In this document: positions 10,017-19,294 of the stretch, piece by piece | Layout: the number at the start of each line of letters is the position of its first letter | Position numbering within the stretch: position 1 is the first letter of the stretch | Assembly: GCA_021802025.1 (NCBI GenBank) | Contig: JAKABC010000001.1 | Location: 1 to 42,360, forward strand | From: Actinomycetes bacterium | GTDB lineage: Bacteria > Actinomycetota > Acidimicrobiia > Acidimicrobiales > RAAP-2 | Direction of reading: 5' to 3' | Length of the DNA: 42,360 nucleotides | Notes under the pieces: generated by a model | Told to the model about the DNA's origin: nothing | Databases searched by the model: none | Seen by the model: only the letters and a program-made list of their open reading frames with translations | Program-made: the position numbers and the translations under genes

Positions 10017-11242
10017 GGAGTCGCGAGGAGTGCGAGGCCCTCGACCGGGAGGACCCGCTCGCCGCCCTGCGCGGTGAGTTCCGGCTCAACGAGGGCGAGA
10101 TCTACCTCGACGGGAACTCCCTCGGACCGGTCTGCGAGCCGGCGGCGGCCCGGGTCCGCGAGGTCCTCGACCGGGAGTGGTCCACGGCGCTCGTGCGGGG
10201 GTGGAACGAGGGCTGGATGGAACAGCCCCTGCGCCTCGGACAGCGGCTCGCCCCCCTCATCGGAGCCCGCCCCCACGAGGTGCTCGTCGCCGACACCTTG
10301 ACCGTGCTCCTGGCGAAGCTCATCGGGGGAGCCCTCGAGCTCGCACCCGACCGGGGCGTCGTGCTCACCGACGCCGCCAACTTCCACAGCGACCTCTACA
10401 TCGTGCGCGCGATGGCCGAGCGGGCGGGGCGTCCGGTGAGCGTGCGGACGATCGATCGCGCGCGACTCGCCGAGCACCTCAACGACGACGTCGCTCTCGT
10501 GATGCTGACCCACGTGGACTTTCGCACGGGGGAGATGCTGGACCTCGCCGGGGTGACCCGAGCCGTGCACGACGCCGGGGCGCTCATGCTGTGGGACTTC
10601 GCGCACTCGGCCGGCGCGGTGCCCCTCGACGTGGAGGGGGCCGACGTGGACTTCGCGGCGGGGTGCGGCTATAAGTACCTCAACGGCGGACCGGGCGCGC
10701 CGGCCTTCTGCTACGTGCGCGAGCGCTGGCAGGGCGCGCTGCGCAACCCCCTCCCGGGGTGGCTCGGTCACGCCCGCCCCTTCGCCTTCGAGCCCGACTA
10801 CGAGTCGGCGTCGGGCATGCGGGCCCTCGTGACGTCGTCGCCGCCGATCGTGGCCCTGGCCGCCCTCGACGGCGCCCTCTCGGTCTGGGAGCGGGCCCCG
10901 ATGGATGAGGTGCGCGCGAAGAGCCTCACGCTGACGGACCTCTTCATCGAGCAGGTCGAGGGACGTCTGCCCGGAGTCTTCGAGGTCATAACGCCGCGCG
11001 AGCACGCGCGACGGGGCTCACAGGTGGCCCTGCGTCACCCGGCGGCCTACGGCCTCGTGCGGGCCGTGGGTGAGGCCGGCGTCGTCGGCGACTTCCGCGA
11101 GCCCGACGTCGCGCGCTTCGGCTTCACGCCGCTCTACCTGCGCTACGTCGACGTCTTCGACGCGGTCGAGCGTCTCGTCGGGGTCATCGAGAGCGGCGCC
11201 CACCTCGACGAGCGCTTCGCCGCGCGCGCGGCGGTGACCTGA
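10013..11242 (+). CDS. kynU: Kynureninase (PLP-dependent)
   Basis: IYLDGNSLG, WDFAHSAGA, GCGYKYLNGGPG, RGSQV, GDFREPD; ATGA overlap with kynA. Confidence 0.95.
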   Translation: MRSREECEALDREDPLAALRGEFRLNEGEIYLDGNSLGPVCEPAAARVREVLDREWSTALVRGWNEGWMEQPLRLGQRLAPLIGARPHEVLVADTLTVLLAKLIGGALELAPDRGVVLTDAANFHSDLYIVRAMAERAGRPVSVRTIDRARLAEHLNDDVALVMLTHVDFRTGEMLDLAGVTRAVHDAGALMLWDFAHSAGAVPLDVEGADVDFAAGCGYKYLNGGPGAPAFCYVRERWQGALRNPLPGWLGHARPFAFEPDYESASGMRALVTSSPPIVALAALDGALSVWERAPMDEVRAKSLTLTDLFIEQVEGRLPGVFEVITPREHARRGSQVALRHPAAYGLVRAVGEAGVVGDFREPDVARFGFTPLYLRYVDVFDAVERLVGVIESGAHLDERFAARAAVT

Positions 11243-11243
11243 C

Positions 11244-11783
11244 CTAGAGGGCGTCGGCCCCCGAGGAGGGCTCGAGGCCTCGAGCGAGGACGGCCTCGAT
11301 CTGCTCGACGATCGTCGCGACGGGTTGGGTCGCGTCGAGGGTGACGCCCCGCTCCTCGGGCGCCAGCGGTTCGAGAGTGGCGAACTGGGAGTCGAGGATG
11401 TCCGGGGAAGCGACGTGGTCCTCGCGCTCGGCGAGCCGTTGCGCGGCCACCTCGGGCGAGATCGCTAGGTGCACGCTCACCAGGTCGGGCGCGTGGGCCT
11501 TGAGGACGTTGCGGTAGGTGCGCGCGAGCGCGGAGCACGACACGACGACGCCCGGGGCCGCCAGTCGCTCACCCACCGCGCGCAGCCAGGGGAAGCGGTC
11601 CTGGTCCGAGAGGGGGCGTCCCTGGGCGAGCATGGCCCGGTTCCGGGGGGGATGGAGGTCGTCGGCCTCCACGAAGCGAAAGCCCAGCCGGTCCGCCAGG
11701 GCGAGCCCGACCGTCGACTTGCCCGCGCCCGATACCCCCATCACGAGGATGCGGGAAGTGGAGCTGTTCTCGTCCTCGTGCAT
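11244..11783 (-). CDS. gntK: Gluconokinase (GntK/IdnK type)
   Basis: VMGVSGAGKST, EADDLHP..N...LAQG.PLSD.DR.PWL, SCSAL.R.YR, LDSQFATLE; ATG at 11783 with upstream GGGAG. Confidence 0.88.
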   Translation of the reverse strand: MHEDENSSTSRILVMGVSGAGKSTVGLALADRLGFRFVEADDLHPPRNRAMLAQGRPLSDQDRFPWLRAVGERLAAPGVVVSCSALARTYRNVLKAHAPDLVSVHLAISPEVAAQRLAEREDHVASPDILDSQFATLEPLAPEERGVTLDATQPVATIVEQIEAVLARGLEPSSGADAL

Positions 11784-11950
11784 CGCGGATCTCCCTTCCC
11801 CAAGGAACTGAACGGACGCGGCTCTGGGCCCGACGGTAGTGGACGCTCGGGACCAACGAGAGGATGTCGGGACGAGATCGGAGGACCTCTCCAAGCTGGA
11901 GCGGGGTGGGGGTCCCGGGGGCGGCGAGGTCGCCGCGCCGGGGCCGCGCC

Positions 11951-12808
11951 CTACTGGGAGAAGACGACGGTTCGCGGGCCGACCAGCGCCACCCGGTCCT
12001 CGGCGAGCAGCTTCACGGCGCGGCTCAGCACCATGCGCTCTAAGTCCCGACCGATAGCGACCAGTTCGTCGGGGGTCCGCGCGTGGGTGACCCGGGCGAC
12101 GTCCTGGTCGATGATCGGTCCCTCGTCGAGGGCGGCCGTGACGAAATGGGCCGTGGCGCCGATCAGCTTGACCCCACGCTCGTAGGCCCGGTGGTACGGG
12201 CGCGCGCCGGTGAAGCCGGGTAGGAACGAGTGGTGGATGTTGACGATCCGACCCTCGAACTCGGCGCACAGCGCGGGCGAAAGGATCTGCATGTAGCGCG
12301 CGAGGACGATGAAGTCCGCGTCGGACTCGCTGACCACCCGGCGCAGCTCGTCTTCCGCCTCGTCCCTCGTCTCGGGGGTCACGGGGACCTCGACGAAGGG
12401 GACCCCGTGGTGCTGGGTGAGGGGGGCGAGCGTCGAGTGGTTCGAGACGACCGTCGCGATCTCGAGGGGGATCTCGCCGTGCTCGACCCGGTAGAAGAGG
12501 TCGGCGAGGCAGTGGTCGTGGTGCGAGACCATCACGACCGCCCGTCGGCGCCGGTCTTCTCGTCGCACCCGCAGGTCCGGGGAGAACCGCGCCAGCTCCG
12601 CGCCGAGGCGGGCGCCGACCCGCTCAGTGTCGGAGAGGTCGGTCTCGAAGCGCGTGCGCATGCAGAACAGCCCGGTCACCGGGTCGGTGAACTGGTCGTT
12701 CTCCAGGATGTTCCCACCGACGGCCACGATGGCCGAGGTCGTCGCGTAGACGATGCCCGGCGCGTCCGGGCAGCGCAACGTGGCGACGTAGGTGACGGCG
12801 CCGGTCAT
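11951..12808 (-). CDS. purU: Formyltetrahydrofolate deformylase
   Basis: N-terminal ACT domain CPD.PGIV; LARYMQILS, NIHHSFLP.F.GA.PY, GATAHFVT..LDEGPII. Confidence 0.95.
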   Translation of the reverse strand: MTGAVTYVATLRCPDAPGIVYATTSAIVAVGGNILENDQFTDPVTGLFCMRTRFETDLSDTERVGARLGAELARFSPDLRVRREDRRRRAVVMVSHHDHCLADLFYRVEHGEIPLEIATVVSNHSTLAPLTQHHGVPFVEVPVTPETRDEAEDELRRVVSESDADFIVLARYMQILSPALCAEFEGRIVNIHHSFLPGFTGARPYHRAYERGVKLIGATAHFVTAALDEGPIIDQDVARVTHARTPDELVAIGRDLERMVLSRAVKLLAEDRVALVGPRTVVFSQ

Positions 12809-12825
12809 CCCCCGAGCGTAGGGGG

Positions 12826-13698
12826 CTAGGAGCGGTACGAGTAGAAGCCCTGGCCCGACTTGCGACCGAGCAGACCGGCTTGGGTCATGCGGCTGAGCAA
12901 CGGCGGCGGAGCGAGGTGGGACTCTTTGAACTCCTCGTAGAGCGACTCAGCCACGGCGAGCGTGGTGTCCAGGCCGATCAGGTCCGTGAGGGCGAGGGGG
13001 CCCATCGGGTGCGCACAGCCCACGACCATGCCGGTGTCGATGTCCTCGGCGCTGGCGAAGCCCGACTCCAGCATCCGGATCGCCGACAGGAGGTAGGGGA
13101 TGAGCAGCGCGTTGACGACGAACCCCGCGCGGTCGGGCGAGGTGATGACCGTCTTGCCGAGCGTGTCGGTGGCGTAGGCGCGGGCCCGGGCCGTCGACTC
13201 GGCCGAGGTGAGCAGGGACGAGATGAGCTCGACCAGTCGCAGCACGGGGACCGGGTTGAAGAAGTGCATCCCGATGACCTGCTCGGGGCGGCGGGTGGCC
13301 ATGGCCAGCTTGATGATCGGGATCGACGAGGTGTTGGTCGCGAGCAGCGCGTCGGCGTCGCGCACGACCCGGTCCAGCGTCGCGAAGACCTCGAGCTTGG
13401 TCGCCTCGTCCTCGGCGACCGCCTCGATGACGAGCTCTCGGTCCTCGAGCGCGTCGAGCTCGAGGGTGAAGGTGAGGTTCGCGTGGGTGCGCTCGGCGAC
13501 GTCCTCGGCCAGCTTGCCCGAGGCGACGGCCCGCGAGAGCGAGCGGTCGACCCGCTCGCGACCCCGCTCGAGGGACTTGAAGTCCTGCTCGACGACGATC
13601 ACCTGGCCCCCGGCGCGCGCCGCGACCTCGGCGATGCCCGATCCCATGAGGCCGCAGCCCACTACACCGATTCTCTCCACGAGGACCTCCCTGTCCAC
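12826..13698 (-). CDS. 3-hydroxybutyryl-CoA (3-hydroxyacyl-CoA) dehydrogenase
   Basis: GCGLMGSGIA, ATNTSS, GMHFFNP, GFVVNALL, HPMGPL, GRKSGQGFY. Confidence 0.92.
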   Translation of the reverse strand: MDREVLVERIGVVGCGLMGSGIAEVAARAGGQVIVVEQDFKSLERGRERVDRSLSRAVASGKLAEDVAERTHANLTFTLELDALEDRELVIEAVAEDEATKLEVFATLDRVVRDADALLATNTSSIPIIKLAMATRRPEQVIGMHFFNPVPVLRLVELISSLLTSAESTARARAYATDTLGKTVITSPDRAGFVVNALLIPYLLSAIRMLESGFASAEDIDTGMVVGCAHPMGPLALTDLIGLDTTLAVAESLYEEFKESHLAPPPLLSRMTQAGLLGRKSGQGFYSYRS

Positions 13699-13791
13699 GG
13701 CGTCGCCGGACCGTCGGCGAGTCTAGGACGGCGCGTGGACCCCTCCGGGGGGCTGGCTACCATAGGGCTAGCCGTCGGACGAGGAGGCGCC

Positions 13792-14274
13792 GTGGACACC
13801 GTCAACGTGATCATCGAGATCCCCCGGGGCAGCGCGAACAAGTACGAGTACGACCACGAGTCCCACCAGATCAAGCTCGACCGGCACCTGACCGTCTCGA
13901 TGGGCTACCCGGCGGAGTACGGGTTCATCCCCGACACGCTCGGGGGCGACGGGGACCCCCTAGACGCCCTGGTCCTGACGGCCTTTCCCACCTTCCCGGG
14001 GTGCCTGATCGAGTCCCGGGTCCTGGGCATGTGCGTCATGACCGACGAGAAGGGACGCGACGAGAAGCTCATCTGCGTCCCGGCCTACGACAAGCAGTGG
14101 AAGGACGCCCAGGACATCGGCGACGTCCCCAAGGCCGACCTCGACCGGATCTCGCACTTCTTCACCGTCTACAAGGACCTCGAAGAGGGTAAGTGGGTGA
14201 AGGTCGAGAACTACGCTCCTCGCGCCGCCGCGCTCGAGGAGCTGGCGGCCTCGAGGGCGCGCTACTCGCACTGA
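13792..14274 (+). CDS. ppa: Family I inorganic pyrophosphatase
   Basis: IEIPRGS.NKYEYD, YP.EYGFIP.TLG.DGDPLD, DEKG.DEK, FF.VYKDLE; GAGGAGG RBS before GTG 13792. Confidence 0.95.
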   Translation: MDTVNVIIEIPRGSANKYEYDHESHQIKLDRHLTVSMGYPAEYGFIPDTLGGDGDPLDALVLTAFPTFPGCLIESRVLGMCVMTDEKGRDEKLICVPAYDKQWKDAQDIGDVPKADLDRISHFFTVYKDLEEGKWVKVENYAPRAAALEELAASRARYSH

Positions 14275-14885
14275 TGGAGGGGGGGACGAGCCACGGCCTC
14301 GACGTCGAGTCGTCGACCGCCGCCGTCCCGTACGAGCGAGCCCGACGGATCGTCCTGGCGAGCCAGAGCGTCTTCTTCGGCGCGCTCGCCCTGTGCGTGC
14401 TGCTGATCCACGACCACGTCGCCCAGAACGACGGGATCTCCTACTACGGCGTGCACGCCGAGACGATCGTGCTCGCGGTGGTGGGCTACGTGGTCGCCGC
14501 GGTGGGACTGTGGTGGTTCGCTGGGATCCTGCGTGAGGAGGGCGTCGAGGCGGTGGGCTGGGTCAGCGCGCGCGTCGTCTCGGTGATGCTGATCCTGCTG
14601 TTGGTGACGCCGTTCAACAAGGGCACGTTCCTCAACTGGGCCCACATGACGGTGGGAGTCGTCGGGGCGCTCGTGCAGCTCGGCGCGTCGTGGCGCATCA
14701 TGCGTCGTCGCGCGACGACCATGGCCAGCGTGGGCTTCTGGGTGCTGCTGGTCGGCGGGGTCGTTGCCGCGGCCTCACTGCCCGACTGGGGCTTCACCCA
14801 CCTGCTCACGGGCGAGATCGTCTTCGAGATCGGCTACGCCCTGTGCGTGACCGAGTGGGCGCACGAACTCAGGGCGCGCGACTAA
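14274..14885 (+). CDS. Uncharacterised multi-pass membrane protein (possibly DUF998/Frag1-like)
   Basis: TGATG coupling to ppa; about 6 hydrophobic segments; GISYYG and WAH motifs. Confidence 0.6.
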   Translation: MEGGTSHGLDVESSTAAVPYERARRIVLASQSVFFGALALCVLLIHDHVAQNDGISYYGVHAETIVLAVVGYVVAAVGLWWFAGILREEGVEAVGWVSARVVSVMLILLLVTPFNKGTFLNWAHMTVGVVGALVQLGASWRIMRRRATTMASVGFWVLLVGGVVAAASLPDWGFTHLLTGEIVFEIGYALCVTEWAHELRARD

Positions 14886-14890
14886 GGCCG

Positions 14891-15499
14891 TCAGTGGGGG
14901 GCCGAGCTCGGCTCGTGCCGGATTGCGCCGTCGGCCAGGACCGTGAGGGCCGTCAGCCACTCCTCGTCGCCCACCGAGAGCGCGTGTTCGCCCTCGAGCT
15001 CGATCTGACCGAAGAAGAGCGCGTACCAGATGCGCGCGAAGGCGACCGCGCTCATCCCCTCGGCGAGGAGGCCCCGCTCCTCGAGGGGCTGGACTCGGGA
15101 GACGATGAACTGGGCCGTCTCCTTCTTCGCCTCGGCGATGCCCTGGGAGGCGGTCGGGTTGTGGCGCGCGAAGGACATCGACTCGATGCGCTGGATCCGG
15201 GCCTCGGTGCGGGCGGGCACCTGCGCCTCGACGATCACGGTCCTTATGGCCGCGCGCAGCTCTCCGGGGGTCTGCACGTCGAGCATCGGGCGGGTGAAGG
15301 TCTCGGCTAGGTCGAGCAGAACCGCTCGGAATCGGTGGACGATCGCCGAGGCGATGAGGTCCTCACGATCGCTGAAGTAGCTGTAGAGCAGGGCGACCGA
15401 TATGCCGGCCTCCATGGCCACGCGCTTGACCCGGAACTGGGTCAGCCCGTTGCGCTCAATCTCGTGCGCCGCCGCCTCCAGGATGCGGTCACGCGTCAT
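14891..15499 (-). CDS. TetR/AcrR-family transcriptional regulator
   Basis: RDRILEAA...G....VA.EAGIS.ALLYSYF.DREDL helix-turn-helix. Confidence 0.9.
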   Translation of the reverse strand: MTRDRILEAAAHEIERNGLTQFRVKRVAMEAGISVALLYSYFSDREDLIASAIVHRFRAVLLDLAETFTRPMLDVQTPGELRAAIRTVIVEAQVPARTEARIQRIESMSFARHNPTASQGIAEAKKETAQFIVSRVQPLEERGLLAEGMSAVAFARIWYALFFGQIELEGEHALSVGDEEWLTALTVLADGAIRHEPSSAPH

Positions 15500-15529
15500 C
15501 GGCCAAGACTACCGACGGCCGATTCCCCC

Positions 15530-17035
15530 TCATCGGGGCGGCCAGCCGGGCACCGGGCCGCGGCCGGAGGGGAACCGGACGTTCTTCGCGCGCACGAACT
15601 CGTGCAGCGTCTCGGGCGCGTACTCGCGCCCGAAGCCGCTGGCCTTCACCCCGCCGAACGGTGAGCCGATGTAGGTCCGCCGGGTGTAGTTATTGACGAA
15701 GACCATGCCCACCTCGAGCTGTTCGGCTAGTCGGGCGGCGCGGGACTCGTCGCGCGTGCAGATCGCCGCGGTGAGTCCGTAGTCGGAGTCGTTGGCGATC
15801 GCCACGGCGTGTGTGTCGTCGGTGGCGCGCAGGAGGCTCGCCACCGGCCCGAAGATCTCGTCGCGCGCGATCGTCATCGAGGCCGTCACGTCGCCGAAGA
15901 CGACGGGGGTGACGAAGTAGCCCTCGTCGAGGGGGCGCTCACGGGGGACGTCGCCTCGGTAGAGGACCGTGGCGCCCTCGTCGAGGCCGACCTCGATGTA
16001 GTGGTTCACCCGATCGCGCTGGCGGACGTCGACCATGGGGCCGATGTCGGTGGCCTCGTCCAGGGGGTCACCCACCACGAGTCGCGCGGTCGCCTCGACG
16101 AAGCGCCGGGCGAACTCGTCGTAGAGGGGCTCTTCGACCACGATGCGCGAGGTCGAGGTACAGGCCTCACCCTGGTTGTAGAACATCCCCTCGATCGCCA
16201 CCGCGACGGCCTGGTCGAGGTCGGCGTCGTCGAGCACGAGCAGGGCGTTCTTGCCGCCGAGCTCCATCGTCGCGTAGGTGAGGTTCTTCGCGGCGGCCTC
16301 GAGCACCCGGCGCCCGGTCATCGTCGAGCCCGTGAAGGAGATCCGCTCGACCCGCGGGTGGCCCACCAGCGCTGGGCCCGCGCCGATCCCGCTCACGACG
16401 TTGATGACCCCCGGGGGCAGGACCTCGTTGGCGAGCTCGGCCAGGCGCAGCACGGTCAGGGGCGCCTGTTCGCCGGGCTTGAGGACCACCGTGTTGCCGA
16501 CCGCGAGCGCCGGGGCGCACTTCTTGGAGAAGTGGATGGGGGGCCAGTTGAAGGGGAGGATCGCCGCCACGACGCCGTAGGGCTCGTAGGTGACCCGGGC
16601 CTCGATCGGTCCTTGATCGACGATGTGACCGGGGACGGTGTCGGCGATGCCGGCGTAGTAGTCGAAGCTCGTGTGGCTCGAGACCACGTCCACCCGCAGG
16701 GCGTCGCGTCGGGGCTTGCCCACCTCGCGCGCGCACAACTCCCCGAGCTCGTCGGCGTGGGCCCGGAAGCGAGCGGCCACCTCGCGCATGTAGCCCGCGC
16801 GCTCCCGAGGGGAGAGCCGCCGCCACGTCTGCTCGTAGGCACGCCGGCTGTCCTCCACTGCCGCGGCGACCTCAGCGTCGGACGCCGCGACAACGCGGGC
16901 GAGGATCTCGCCGGTCGCCGACTCGTGGACGCTGAACAGGTCAGCCCCGGCGTGGTCTCGGAACGCGCCGCCGATGAGCGAGCCCCAGACGGGTCGCGCC
17001 GCGAGTAGGTCGTCGCTGAGACGGGTATCGCCCAT
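15530..17035 (-). CDS. Aldehyde dehydrogenase (NAD(P)+)
   Basis: PFNWP, KPGEQAP, FTGST, ELGGK, catalytic Cys in NQGEACTS, EIFGPV, PFGGVKASGFGRE. Confidence 0.93.
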   Translation of the reverse strand: MGDTRLSDDLLAARPVWGSLIGGAFRDHAGADLFSVHESATGEILARVVAASDAEVAAAVEDSRRAYEQTWRRLSPRERAGYMREVAARFRAHADELGELCAREVGKPRRDALRVDVVSSHTSFDYYAGIADTVPGHIVDQGPIEARVTYEPYGVVAAILPFNWPPIHFSKKCAPALAVGNTVVLKPGEQAPLTVLRLAELANEVLPPGVINVVSGIGAGPALVGHPRVERISFTGSTMTGRRVLEAAAKNLTYATMELGGKNALLVLDDADLDQAVAVAIEGMFYNQGEACTSTSRIVVEEPLYDEFARRFVEATARLVVGDPLDEATDIGPMVDVRQRDRVNHYIEVGLDEGATVLYRGDVPRERPLDEGYFVTPVVFGDVTASMTIARDEIFGPVASLLRATDDTHAVAIANDSDYGLTAAICTRDESRAARLAEQLEVGMVFVNNYTRRTYIGSPFGGVKASGFGREYAPETLHEFVRAKNVRFPSGRGPVPGWPPR

Positions 17036-17044
17036 GGCGTCTCC

Positions 17045-17938
17045 TTAGTCGATGAGGTGACCGGGGGTCACCAGTCCTGAGAGGCCGCCCTCGACGTCGT
17101 CGAGCGCGGGGTCCGGTTCGATCGCGCGCCTCAGCTCGATCAGGGTGCGTACTGAGCGGCGATCGACGCAGCCGGAGGGCACGACTCCTCGCTCGGAGTC
17201 GCACAGAAGTCCGACGAAACTCGCGGCGTCGGCCTCGCTGAGGCCCAGGCGGTCGGCGGCGGCCTCGCGCACGGTGTCGTCGTGGCCCCCCTCAGCGATA
17301 GCCCCAGCCACCTCGACGAGGGCGTCGGCCAGGCGGCGACGACCGGCGGACGGCGAGGCGAGACCCGCGACGACCGTGCCCAGGTACGGTCCGAGGTCGC
17401 ACGCCTCACCGAGCAGGGTCGCGCCGGCGGCGCGAGCGGGGAACTGGTTGCCCGCGTTCAGCACCGTGAGGTCGCACTCGCCCTCGACGAGGGCCGCGGC
17501 GCGCCGGGGGGTCGACCCCAGGGCCACCACCTCGACGTCGTCTCGGTCGAGGCCGCACCGGGCGAGCAGGGCGTAGCCGACGAACGCGAAGCCCGAGGTC
17601 GCCACGTCGACGGCGAGGCGGGCTCCCGCTCTCGGCTCCCCGAGTCCGGCGCGGGCCCAGAGCGACAGGCCCAGTCCGCGGTCGATCGCGGCCTCCACGA
17701 CGAGGGGGATGCGCTGGCCGAGGGGGTTTCGCGAGAGGAAGTGGTACGCCAGGACGTTGTCGGGACTGGTGAGCACCACGTCGAGGTCGCCGGCGAGGAG
17801 GGACTGGAACTGCGCCGGAGACGACGCGACCGCCACCTCGTCGACTTCGAGGCCGGCCCGCTCGAGCGCGCCGGCGCGGCGCGCCACCTCGAGCAGGACT
17901 GACGGGGTGAAGGTGCCCAGGCGCAACCGGTCGACCAT
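17045..17938 (-). CDS. NMT1/THI5/SsuA-like periplasmic-binding-fold protein without signal peptide
   Basis: A...G...AGLEV....SS..Q...L.AG.LD pattern; LAVD...SGF; G....R..AL..G..D; no hydrophobic N-terminus. Confidence 0.65.
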   Translation of the reverse strand: MVDRLRLGTFTPSVLLEVARRAGALERAGLEVDEVAVASSPAQFQSLLAGDLDVVLTSPDNVLAYHFLSRNPLGQRIPLVVEAAIDRGLGLSLWARAGLGEPRAGARLAVDVATSGFAFVGYALLARCGLDRDDVEVVALGSTPRRAAALVEGECDLTVLNAGNQFPARAAGATLLGEACDLGPYLGTVVAGLASPSAGRRRLADALVEVAGAIAEGGHDDTVREAAADRLGLSEADAASFVGLLCDSERGVVPSGCVDRRSVRTLIELRRAIEPDPALDDVEGGLSGLVTPGHLID

Positions 17939-17941
17939 CGC

Positions 17942-19294
17942 TCAGAACTCGCTGGCCCAGTCGCGGGTCTCGAGGATCTCGGCGAGTCGCGCGAGGAACC
18001 GCGCCGCGTACGCCCCGTCGATGACCCGATGGTCGAAGGTCAGCGCGACCAGTCCAATCGAGTGGATCGCGATCAGCTCCTCGCCGTCGGCACCGGGTAC
18101 GACGACGGGCTTGCGCGAGACTCCGTCGGTCGCCAAGATCGCCACCTGGGGCTGGTTGATGATCGCCCCGGTCATCAAGGTCCCGTAAGGGCCGGGGTTG
18201 GTGATCGTGAACGTCCCGTGGGACATGTCGTCGACGGTGAGGCGCTTGGATCGGGCGCCCGTGGCGAGGGCGCGCACGCGCGCCGCCATCTCGCGCAGAG
18301 AGAGGGTTGCCGCGTCGCGCACCACGGGCACGACCAGGCCCTGACCGTCGAGGTCGACCGCGATACCCAGGTTCACCGTCGCGTGCACGACGAGGGCGTC
18401 GTCGCCGACCGACGCGTTGAGGTGAGGGAACTCGCCGAGGGCCTGCACCGTGGCCACGGCGTTAAAGGGCAGGTAGGTGAGTGAGTACCCCTCGCGCTCT
18501 TTGAACGAGGCCCCCTCGCGCCGTCGGACCCGCTCGACGTTCTCGTAGTCGATCTCGCGCACCATCAGCGTGTGGGCCGAGGTCGCCTTGGAGCGCACCA
18601 TGTGTTCGGCGGTGAGACGTCGGATCGTCGAGAACGCCACGACCTCGTCCGAGCGCGAACCCTGGGTGAGAGTCGCCGCCGCTTCGACGTCGCGGCGCTG
18701 GATCCGTCCACCCGGCCCGGTCCCGGTGACGTCCCTGATGCTCAGGCCGTGCTCGCGCAGGAGCCGGCGCACCACCGGTGAGACCGCGGCGTCCTCGCCG
18801 GTCGTCGGTGCGCTCGCGGTGGTGGCCGCCACGTGGGCGAGGACGTCCTCGCGGGTGAGGCGCCCCGCCGGGCCCGTCCCCACGACGTCGCCCGGCTCCA
18901 GGTGGTGCTCGGCGAGGAGTCGGCGCACCACCGGTGAGAGCCGCTCGGCGGTTGCGCTCTCGCCGCGGCCCCTCGACGCGGCGGCGAGGGGGGGCTCGTC
19001 GGCGCGGGCCCCGGCGTCGCGTGGTGCGCTGGACGGCGTTGGCACGGTGGCGTCCTCGGGTTCTTCGTCGATGAGCCCAAGGATCGTGCCGACGTCGACG
19101 GTCTGGCCGGCCGGGACGAGGATGGCGGTCAGGGTTCCGCCGGCGGGTGCGGGGATCTCGGTGTCGACCTTGTCCGTGGAGACCTCGAAGAGCGCCTCCC
19201 CCTTGTCGACCGTCTCGCCGACGGCCTTGAACCATTTCGTGACGGTCCCTTCGGCCACCGTCTCTCCCAGCTGGGGCATCGTGACCTTAGGCAT
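17942..19294 (-). CDS. 2-oxoacid dehydrogenase E2 dihydrolipoamide acyltransferase (one lipoyl domain, two peripheral subunit-binding domains)
   Basis: Lipoyl site EVSTDKVDTE; two SPVVRRLL..H......GTGP.GR....DV repeats; catalytic DHRVIDG; start MPKVTMPQLGE at ATG 19294. Confidence 0.92.
   Translation of the reverse strand: MPKVTMPQLGETVAEGTVTKWFKAVGETVDKGEALFEVSTDKVDTEIPAPAGGTLTAILVPAGQTVDVGTILGLIDEEPEDATVPTPSSAPRDAGARADEPPLAAASRGRGESATAERLSPVVRRLLAEHHLEPGDVVGTGPAGRLTREDVLAHVAATTASAPTTGEDAAVSPVVRRLLREHGLSIRDVTGTGPGGRIQRRDVEAAATLTQGSRSDEVVAFSTIRRLTAEHMVRSKATSAHTLMVREIDYENVERVRRREGASFKEREGYSLTYLPFNAVATVQALGEFPHLNASVGDDALVVHATVNLGIAVDLDGQGLVVPVVRDAATLSLREMAARVRALATGARSKRLTVDDMSHGTFTITNPGPYGTLMTGAIINQPQVAILATDGVSRKPVVVPGADGEELIAIHSIGLVALTFDHRVIDGAYAARFLARLAEILETRDWASEF

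Noticed and set aside
11784-11950. Possible riboswitch or small RNA between purU and gluconokinase
   Set aside because: It lies downstream of purU, which appears leaderless; I recognise no ZTP, THF or other aptamer consensus, only short GC stems.
11244-12269. Apparent N-terminally extended gluconokinase (341 aa)
   Set aside because: The extension overlaps purU in another frame; the kinase starts at ATG 11783 with an RBS.
12880-14274. Apparent 464-aa pyrophosphatase fusion
   Set aside because: The N-terminal part is antisense to the hydroxyacyl-CoA dehydrogenase; ppa starts at GTG 13792 after GAGGAGG.
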